Shown piece after piece: positions 25,989 to 32,000 of a stretch of 32,000 nt of DNA. The stretch is from Halomicronema hongdechloris C2206. GTDB taxonomy: Bacteria > Cyanobacteriota > Cyanobacteriia > Phormidesmidales > Phormidesmidaceae. Location: contig NZ_CP021983.2 in assembly GCF_002075285.3 (NCBI RefSeq), positions 2,310,001 through 2,342,000 of the forward strand, in the 5' to 3' direction. The position numbers and the translations under genes were made by a program. Positions within the stretch are counted from its first letter, which is position 1, and every line of letters starts with the position of its first letter. The notes beneath the pieces were generated by a model. The model was not told the origin of the DNA. It ran no database searches and saw only the letters and a program-made list of their open reading frames with translations.

Positions 25989-26339
25989 ATGTCTCGCACC
26001 TACGATCGCATCTACCACGTTGTTCGCCAGATCCCACCAGGGCAAGTGGCTACCTATGGTCAAGTGGCTGAGCTGGCAGGACTCATCGGTCAGCCCCGTC
26101 TGGTGGGCTACGCCCTTTACCGGGTGGATATGGAAACCAGCGATGTACCCTGGCAGCGAGTGATCAACGCCAAGGGAGAAATTTCCCACTCCCAGCGACG
26201 CCATGGCTCCGACCATCGGCAGCGTAGCCTGTTGGCAGCGGAGGGCGTTGCATTTACCGCCCAGGGCAAAGTTGATCTGAAACGCTACCGTTGGCGACCT
26301 AGGGAGCTGCCATTACCACCCGGCCTAGGGTCTTCATGA
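25989..26339 (+). CDS. Alkyltransferase-like (ATL) protein: MGMT-family DNA-binding domain lacking the acceptor cysteine
   Basis: 116-aa ORF. The HTH segment is GQVATYGQVAELAG. The active-site motif PCHRV is replaced by PWQRV, with Trp in place of Cys as in Atl1/YbaZ-type proteins. Confidence 0.8.
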   Translation: MSRTYDRIYHVVRQIPPGQVATYGQVAELAGLIGQPRLVGYALYRVDMETSDVPWQRVINAKGEISHSQRRHGSDHRQRSLLAAEGVAFTAQGKVDLKRYRWRPRELPLPPGLGSS

Positions 26340-26934
26340 TTTGCAGCACCTGATAGAGATCGTTTCCCGGATTCCAAAGCGAGAACAGGCGGGAATTGCT
26401 GTATTGAGGTTGAGGGGTCTGCGTCAGTTTTAGAAATAATACATTCTGACCATTGCTGATCATGGCAAAGCTGGCTCGATCCGGCTCAGGATTGTCTAGC
26501 ATGTAGGCCAACGCCTGCCCCGTTGCCACCGTTACGTCAAAATCACTGCGCTTTGCTTCTAGGGCCAGAATCCAGAGTCGTTCTTTCAACACCAAGACAT
26601 CGATCTTGCCGCGAATGACTTCGTTCTCATCCTCAGCGGTCACATCAACGCTGACCTCTGAGCGAATGTGAAACGGGTCATCATAGAAACCCGCCATGTC
26701 TAATAGGGGCGACAGCACCACCATCTTGACACTGTTTTCCAGCAGAGGCGGGCTTTTAAGCAGGCGGGTGAAATGACCTTTAACCCGATCAAGATACTGC
26801 TTTTCCAGCTCTGTAAGGTCTCCTAGCCCAGTGTGCCACTCGACAAAGAAGTTCGCGTCAGGTGCTTCCCTCAGGCCATAGCGCCTTTCGAGGTCAGCGA
26901 TAGACACTTGACTGGCGGGAATAACGCTGGCCAT
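26299..26934 (-). CDS. PD-(D/E)xK nuclease-fold protein (HsdR_N-like), function unknown
   Basis: 211-aa ORF. The candidate nuclease motif is the D in GKIDVLVL followed by LEAKR (ExK). The N-terminal FFVEW...LDRV region is typical of a family expanded in cyanobacteria. Confidence 0.65.
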   Translation of the reverse strand: MASVIPASQVSIADLERRYGLREAPDANFFVEWHTGLGDLTELEKQYLDRVKGHFTRLLKSPPLLENSVKMVVLSPLLDMAGFYDDPFHIRSEVSVDVTAEDENEVIRGKIDVLVLKERLWILALEAKRSDFDVTVATGQALAYMLDNPEPDRASFAMISNGQNVLFLKLTQTPQPQYSNSRLFSLWNPGNDLYQVLQIMKTLGRVVMAAP

Positions 26935-27282
26935 GACTGCTCCGGTTCGGCATCTTGAGCGACCTGAGCACCATTCTAAGAGTGTTGCAGCTAAATGCTC
27001 ATCTAAGGGCTGGCTGAACCGGCCAGATAGGCGGAGTTCAATGGCCTAGATCAGGATATTTTTTAGATGGAATACTCTCAGGCTAGCGTTGGCCCGTGGC
27101 TTGGCCATGGCTGATGGTTCAATGGCCCAGTCTAGGAAGCGGGGTGACCTGGGGTATCTATGGGCTCTTTGAGTCATCGTCTGTCTTTGCTACGTATGGC
27201 AAAATGTTCGTAAACATCAACCTACAGAGAACGCTACGCCTCCGGACTGTCAGCACACTGGACTGCTCGTATCCCCAGCGCC

Positions 27283-28386
27283 ATGGCTAACTCCAAAAAG
27301 TCTGAAACCGTTCCCAAGGCAATGGCCAGTAAGTTCAACCGTATCGTTGAACTCACCGATGAATTTGCTCGGCAACATCTGAACCAGGAATATGCCGAAC
27401 TCATTCGTCAGGCCACTGCCGCCCTCTGCCGTAAGCGACCTTCTCCCCTGCAAAAGGGACAGGCCAAGACCTGGGCCGGTGGCATCACCCACGCCATTGG
27501 CATGGTCAACTTTCTCTTCGATCGGTCTCAAACTCCCCACGTCAGTGCCAGTGACCTCTACCAGTGGTTTGGGATCGCAGCCAGTACCGGGCAAGGGAAG
27601 TCAAAGCTGGTGCGGGATACACTGAACATGCGGCAGTTTGACCCCGATTGGTGTTTGCCCAGTCGCGTCGAGGATAATCCCTTGATCTGGATGCTGTCGG
27701 TGAATGGAATGATCGTGGACATCCGCAAAGCCCCCCTAGGGGCCCAGGTAGAAGCCTTTCGTAAAGGGTTAATTCCCTACATCCCCGGGCATAAAGACGA
27801 GAGCGAGGCGATCGCAGAACTCCTGCAAGCACCATCTGCTCCGCCTGCTGGCAAACGCACCAACTCCAAATCTGCAACGACTTCTTCAGCAGAAACTCAC
27901 CCGCCGACTACTGAGGAGGCCCTACAGGCCGTGTATGTGTTGGATGTAATTTTGATCGACGGTCCCGTCACCGATGAATTTATTGAGGAAAATCCTCAGG
28001 TGATTCGCAGGATCGAAATCCGAGGCGATCAGACCCTAGCGGAGCTCCATGATGCGATCTTTGCGGCCTTTGACCGCGAAGAGGAGCACCTGTATGAGTT
28101 TCAGTTGAAAGGAACCGGGCCCAATGATCCAGATGCTGACCGCTATGGGTTAGCCTCAGCCTCCCAGGATGGTTTTGGCAGTCGACCCGCCAGCGATGTG
28201 GCCCGCACCCCAATTGGCAGCTTGAATTTAACCATCGATGAACCGTTTGGCTATTGGTTTGATTTTGGCGACGATTGGTGGCATCAGGTGCAGGTGATGG
28301 CGATTCAGGCCCCTCAGCCGCAGGTTAGCTATCCTCGAATTACCGAACGCATCGGGGCCAGCCCACCGCAATATGCTGAATTTTAG
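27283..28386 (+). CDS. DUF6398-like N-terminal domain fused to a plasmid pRiA4b ORF-3-like (MM3350-like) domain
   Basis: 367-aa ORF. The N-terminal segment is WAGGITHAIGMVNFLFD. The C-terminal segments are RRIEIRGDQTLAELHDAIFAAFDREEEHLYEFQL and YWFDFGDDWWHQVQV. A low-complexity linker separates the two domains. Confidence 0.7.
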   Translation: MANSKKSETVPKAMASKFNRIVELTDEFARQHLNQEYAELIRQATAALCRKRPSPLQKGQAKTWAGGITHAIGMVNFLFDRSQTPHVSASDLYQWFGIAASTGQGKSKLVRDTLNMRQFDPDWCLPSRVEDNPLIWMLSVNGMIVDIRKAPLGAQVEAFRKGLIPYIPGHKDESEAIAELLQAPSAPPAGKRTNSKSATTSSAETHPPTTEEALQAVYVLDVILIDGPVTDEFIEENPQVIRRIEIRGDQTLAELHDAIFAAFDREEEHLYEFQLKGTGPNDPDADRYGLASASQDGFGSRPASDVARTPIGSLNLTIDEPFGYWFDFGDDWWHQVQVMAIQAPQPQVSYPRITERIGASPPQYAEF

Positions 28387-28674
28387 AGGATAACCCAGGA
28401 GGATCGCATCTCTGCCATACTCCTAGGTCGCTTCACCTATAGGCACGAGGATAATCAGCTGCAGTAGGTGGTGACAGAAATCGCCTACTCAAGCCTAAGC
28501 CTGGCCGATAACACCTGAGCAGCCGTCAAGGTTAGGGCGGGAAAGATCTGGGACTGAATTGGCGTGGTGTTTCTGCAGAGGCTGTCGTCGTAGCGGCCGG
28601 CCTGTAAGTTACAGATGGTGACCTGAGCGACGACAGGATCCACAATCCAAATTGATGGTTAGCTCCTTTCCCCT

Positions 28675-29208
28675 ATGCCTCCTCCCTGGCCCCACCGCAT
28701 CCAAATCATTCAAGGCGATATCACCCACCAGGCAGTCGATGCCATCGTCAATGCCGCCAATGAATCCCTACTGGGCGGTGGCGGTGTCGATGGGGCCATT
28801 CACCGAGCCGCTGGCCCCGAACTCCTAGCCGAGTGCCGCACCCTGGGAGGATGCCCCACCGGGCAGGCCAAAATCACCCAAGGCTATCACCTGCCCGCCC
28901 AGTGGGTAATCCATACCGTCGGGCCAGTGTGGCGTGGCGGTCAGCACCAGGAAGATGACTCGTTGGCCAATTGCTACCGCAACAGCCTGGCTTTAGCCAG
29001 GGAGCATGCCATAGGCACCATTGCCTTTCCCGCCATTAGTGCCGGTGTCTATGGGTTTCCGCTGGAGCGGGCGACCGACATTGCGATCGCAACGGTGCGG
29101 GCCTACCTAGAGAAGCACACCATGCCGGAGGCGGTTCACTTCATTTGCTTCGGCGATGAGGCATACAGGACCTACCAGGCAGTCTTCTCGGCGCAATCGG
29201 CATCATAG
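28675..29208 (+). CDS. Macro domain protein, O-acetyl-ADP-ribose deacetylase (YmdB-like)
   Basis: 177-aa ORF with the macro-domain signature [37 protein letters not shown], plus [13 protein letters not shown]. Confidence 0.88.
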   Translation: MPPPWPHRIQIIQGDITHQAVDAIVNAANESLLGGGGVDGAIHRAAGPELLAECRTLGGCPTGQAKITQGYHLPAQWVIHTVGPVWRGGQHQEDDSLANCYRNSLALAREHAIGTIAFPAISAGVYGFPLERATDIAIATVRAYLEKHTMPEAVHFICFGDEAYRTYQAVFSAQSAS

Positions 29209-29394
29209 AACCGCAGGTGTAATCTAAGTCACTGGCAGGCTACGCTCAGATCACCGCTTGTCGCTACCTGCAGCACCACCGCCCTGCTGAAATATCACAC
29301 GCCGATGAGGACCCTGGTCACCCCCCCACCGGGGCGAGTGCGGGACTATTAACTTGTCCGAAAAAAAGTCCCCCCTTACCGGAGTTTTTGACCC

Positions 29395-29571
29395 ATGCAA
29401 TTCACCTATCGCGGCACCGCTTATCAAGCTCCCATCGCTGGCATCGATGCTCTCGAGACCGAGCAAACCGGTACTTTCCTGGGCCGGTCTTACAAGATGA
29501 AGCAAGCGCAAGTGGCTCGGCGCCAGGCTGCCAATGCTCTCACCTATCGCGGCGTTCGCTATAGTCGCTAA
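29395..29571 (+). CDS. DUF4278 small protein
   Basis: 58-aa ORF translated by hand; it is below the ORF-track size cutoff. The sequence is MQFTYRGTAYQAPIAG...LTYRGVRYSR, with the repeated YRG motif typical of cyanobacterial DUF4278. A terminator follows. Confidence 0.7.
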   Translation: MQFTYRGTAYQAPIAGIDALETEQTGTFLGRSYKMKQAQVARRQAANALTYRGVRYSR

Positions 29572-29616
29572 ATTGGCCGATACGCTCTCTTAGACTCAAC
29601 CATCACACCCCTATAT

Positions 29617-29646
29617 CCCTCAGCCGTAGTGGCTGGGGGATTTTCG
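29617..29646 (+). terminator. Rho-independent terminator after the DUF4278 gene
   Basis: The sequence is ccctcagcc gtagt ggctggggg a ttttcg. This gives a 9-bp stem (one G-U pair), a 5-nt loop and a T tract. It lies between convergent genes. Confidence 0.65.
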
Positions 29647-29656
29647 TAGATCCTGG

Positions 29657-30388
29657 CTAACCTGGCAACACCATCTGCCCCAGCACTAGGACTGTCAGCG
29701 GCAGGGTGAGGTTATCGATGTCTTTGAAGGGCAGAGCCTCTACCAGGGTGGCGACGGCGGCAATCAACAGGAGCGGTGCGATCGCAACTTGTCCTGGCCC
29801 TCCCCCCAGTTGTCCATAGCCCAGGGCACTAAACAGCTGCAGTGCGCCCCAGCCAAATAGAACGCTGGCGACAAACATAGCCGTAGAACCGGCCCAACTC
29901 TTCTCGGGGCTAAAGGGGAGTTTATGGCGGCCCCAGCGCCTGCCGACGATATCGGCCAAGCCATCGCCACCGCACATCATCATCAGGGCCAAGATGCCCA
30001 GGGGCGACTGCCGCCAGAACAGCACCGTACAGATCACCATGACGACGCCGTAATAGAGCGGCCCCCGCAGAATTTCCTGCGGCTGATTATTGCGGGTCAT
30101 GGACTGCACCGCCGCCGCATCGACCAGCCAGCCCAGGCCAATGGCCAGAAACTTAGCCGTAAAAGTCAACGGCACCAAGGCAGCCCAATAGCGCGCCCCC
30201 CCCTGATCACTAAAGAGGGGCCAGCAGAGGATGAACAAGGGGCCGGTGCCGATGTGAATCAGCTTGCGGCTCAGGGTCTGCTGGAGCAGGCCCCGATACG
30301 CCAAGCCATCCATCAGCTTCAGCCAACTCAGGGCCAGGACAAAGGTCACCAGAGTAGCCAGCCCATCCTGCAGCAGGGGATTGGCCAT
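29657..30388 (-). CDS. Phytol / polyprenol kinase-like protein (CTP-dependent, phosphatidate cytidylyltransferase superfamily)
   Basis: The likely start is the ATG at 30388 (MANPLLQDG...), 2 nt after the upstream stop. The 280-aa ORF-track version adds a non-membrane, Arg/Pro-rich leader. Motifs are LSRKLIHIGTGP and GDGLADIVGRRWGRHKLPFSPEKSWAGS. Confidence 0.7.
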   Translation of the reverse strand: MANPLLQDGLATLVTFVLALSWLKLMDGLAYRGLLQQTLSRKLIHIGTGPLFILCWPLFSDQGGARYWAALVPLTFTAKFLAIGLGWLVDAAAVQSMTRNNQPQEILRGPLYYGVVMVICTVLFWRQSPLGILALMMMCGGDGLADIVGRRWGRHKLPFSPEKSWAGSTAMFVASVLFGWGALQLFSALGYGQLGGGPGQVAIAPLLLIAAVATLVEALPFKDIDNLTLPLTVLVLGQMVLPG

Positions 30389-30390
30389 GG

Positions 30391-30765
30391 TTAGGCAGCG
30401 GCTTGCTGCTGGGCCAGGGTGCGCTCGCGCATGAACAGAAACAGACAGAGGCCGACGGCAAAGGAAATGGCAAACATCAGCACGATATAAAGGCCCCAAA
30501 CCTTCATCTGCAGCCGCCGGCCCTCCGCCACGATCAGGGTGATGCTGGCCAATAAGCCCATCAACACATCAATGCCGACGAAGCTGGACGCAGCATTGGC
30601 AAAGGCCTGCTGGCTGAAGACGGCCATATCAAATTGCCCTAAGTTGGCCAGGGAAAAGTCACCGGTGGTGGCGATGATGAACTGCACCAGGTAATAGTTT
30701 GTCCAGACGAAGCCGATGATCGTCAGGGCGGCATAGATGGCTTGCCGCAGGCGACTCCAGAACAT
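30391..30765 (-). CDS. Small integral membrane protein (4 predicted helices; possibly DUF2834-like)
   Basis: 124-aa hydrophobic ORF immediately upstream of the kinase-like gene and probably co-transcribed with it. The family assignment is uncertain. Confidence 0.6.
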   Translation of the reverse strand: MFWSRLRQAIYAALTIIGFVWTNYYLVQFIIATTGDFSLANLGQFDMAVFSQQAFANAASSFVGIDVLMGLLASITLIVAEGRRLQMKVWGLYIVLMFAISFAVGLCLFLFMRERTLAQQQAAA

Positions 30766-31026
30766 AGTGGTTGCTAGGTATTCGTAATGTTATGGGTTGC
30801 TCCTATCATAGGCGAGCATGGGCAGTGATTCATGGGATGGCCCGGTAGGGATCCATGCTAGGCAGTGGCGAGGGCAGTGCTTCAACCTCTGAGCTCGCTT
30901 ACCCAATACAAACTCAAGACACGACGATTTCTTTCCGAGAGGGTGATGCCAATGGGAGTGGGGGTGCAACCCTGAGCTCGAGCATAGGGTCATGCAATTC
31001 AGGCATTCTTGGCATGATGCGATCGC

Positions 31027-31071
31027 AAATTACACCGCATACAAATTACACCGCATACAAACTACACCGCA
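31027..31071. repeat. Tandem 16-bp repeat, 2.8 copies
   Basis: The copies are aaattacaccgcatac (31027-31042), aaattacaccgcatac (31043-31058) and aaactacaccgca (31059-31071). The last copy overlaps the stop codon and last codons of the DM13 gene. A HIP1 site directly precedes the array. Confidence 0.9.
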
Positions 31072-31619
31072 AAGGTCAAGGGCGCATAGCCCATGATTGC
31101 ATCTAAATCAGGGCACCAGATCATCACCGACAGGTACTGACGAATCTCCACCGACTCAGGGATTGGGTATCGCTGCATCCCCGCTGAGGCATGCAACTCT
31201 CCCAGGACAACAGAGTCATCTAAGGGAGGGTGCTCGCCCCTTGGGACCGCAGCCCTATCTAAAATCAGCATCAGGCTCGGGGTTTGGCTCGGCATGGTAA
31301 AGGGCTGATAGAGCTCTAGAAATAGCTGTCCCTTCTCGGTAACGATGCGAGCCTGGGGATAGGAAGTCGATGCCCTCGACATCACGGTGTAGGCAACCCC
31401 TAAGCGGTCAACCGGGTCCTGAATCAGCCGTTGCCCAGATGTCGCCATCGATCGAAACCGCTGCACCGACATCGACGACATCCTTGCTGGACCCAACAGA
31501 CTATTGACCAAGACCAACACCGGAGTCACACCAGCAATCAAGCCGTAAGCAACCAAATGGGTTCTGGACATAGGGGGGCTCCTGCTGTCAATCATCTGAG
31601 CCCATCTTTGCCAACCCAC
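31062..31619 (-). CDS. DM13 domain-containing protein with an N-terminal membrane anchor or signal
   Basis: 185-aa ORF; an alternative start is MSRTHLV at about 31571. The C-terminal GELHASAGMQRYPIPESVEIRQYLSVMIWCPDLDAIMGYAPL fits the DM13 pattern. Confidence 0.65.
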   Translation of the reverse strand: MGWQRWAQMIDSRSPPMSRTHLVAYGLIAGVTPVLVLVNSLLGPARMSSMSVQRFRSMATSGQRLIQDPVDRLGVAYTVMSRASTSYPQARIVTEKGQLFLELYQPFTMPSQTPSLMLILDRAAVPRGEHPPLDDSVVLGELHASAGMQRYPIPESVEIRQYLSVMIWCPDLDAIMGYAPLTFAV

Positions 31620-32000
31620 CTGATCGGGCCATGATGCCCAGTTGAGAGTTAATTTGCTGAATTCTCAGGAAATGCCAGTGGGTATTCTCAGACAGCTCTC
31701 AGCTGAGAGAGTTGGTGAGGGATTGTGCTAGCTGTATCGGCTCATAAGTCGCCCTCAGTGCAATCCTCAAATAATCAAGCAAACATTAAGCAACTTCATC
31801 TAGCTCAGGAACATGCTGAGCCTCGTAGTTATTAATCTCTCCAATGTTCTGTTGCCCTTGAGAAAATCTCATCTAAAGATTGGTCCTGATAAAGTTGACG
31901 AGAGATTTCGACGTAATCAGTGGGACTTTGATGAATCAGTGCTAGAAAACGCAGAGCTAGAGCCCAGACTATCCAAAGGGTCAGGGAACCTGCCCCCTAC

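Noticed and set aside
28675-29208. The macro-domain gene as a DarG-type antitoxin of a DarT/DarG system
   Set aside because: The protein is a bare 177-aa YmdB-like macro domain with no C-terminal antitoxin extension. The neighbouring genes show no DarT (DUF4433)-like features.
29251-29511. An 86-aa minus-strand ORF overlapping the DUF4278 gene
   Set aside because: The plus-strand 58-aa reading has the characteristic repeated YRG motifs and a downstream terminator. The minus-strand product has no recognisable features.
29764-30499. ORFs 29764..29970 (-), 29924..30394 (+), 30210..30473 (-), and the N-terminal 37-codon extension of ORF 29657..30499
   Set aside because: These are off-frame or antisense readings of the kinase-like membrane protein gene. 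The extension overlaps the upstream gene and is Arg/Pro-rich, whereas MANPLLQDG at 30388 starts 2 nt after the upstream stop.
31800-32000. A minus-strand open frame reading ...LALIHQSPTDYVEISRQLYQDQSLDEIFSRATEHWRD near the window end
   Set aside because: The frame is closed by a TAG at 31997-31999. It contains no ATG, GTG or TTG start before the stop at about 31830. It cannot be supported as a gene from this window.
1-32000. Search for CRISPR arrays, tRNA/rRNA genes, IS elements, integrases, and attachment-site-like direct repeats flanking the low-GC island
   Set aside because: I noticed no regularly spaced repeats, cloverleaf-like sequences, transposase or integrase ORFs, or flanking direct repeats by eye. 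A computational scan (tRNAscan-SE, ISEScan, a repeat finder) would be needed to exclude them formally.

Overview
This 32 kb window is a chromosomal segment from a cyanobacterium. The evidence is at least 12 copies of the HIP1 palindrome GCGATCGC, about 58-65% GC by hand count, and the gene content (DUF4278, a phytol-kinase-like gene, an SLH-domain protein, giant kinase-type signalling proteins). Most genes lie on the minus strand. I saw no rRNA, tRNA, CRISPR array, transposase or integrase.

Confident calls:
- A 1791-aa Ser/Thr-kinase / STAND-ATPase / GAF / class III cyclase protein.
- B12-dependent methionine synthase (metH).
- An FAD-oxidoreductase-like protein with a C-terminal SLH domain.
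- A protealysin-like M4 metalloprotease followed by its emfourin-type inhibitor.
- A Mut7-C RNase-domain protein.
- An MscS-MscS-PBP4(dacB) gene string with abutting stop and start codons.
- An alkyltransferase-like (ATL) protein.
- A PD-(D/E)xK (HsdR_N-like) protein.
- A DUF6398 / pRiA4b-ORF3-like protein.
- A YmdB-type macro-domain protein.
- A small DUF4278 protein.
- A phytol/polyprenol kinase-like protein.
- A DM13-domain protein.

Three regions deserve a second look:
1. 12.8-16.15 kb. Three consecutive genes (a PLD/cardiolipin-synthase-like gene, a GDYXXLXY protein and a DUF2157 membrane protein) carry about 11 frameshifts. At least six sit at homopolymer runs. All other long ORFs in the window are intact. 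This is either local gene decay or local sequence error.
2. About 19.7-21.3 kb. A low-GC island (37-47% in hand-counted lines) encodes a divergent ECF-like sigma factor and a C-tail-anchored protein of unknown family. Truncated gene remnants lie to either side of it.
3. 26.3-29.2 kb. An accessory-looking cluster of nuclease-fold, pRiA4b-ORF3-like and macro-domain genes.

None of these can be called a new system from sequence alone. All functional calls rest on motif recognition by eye, not on database searches.
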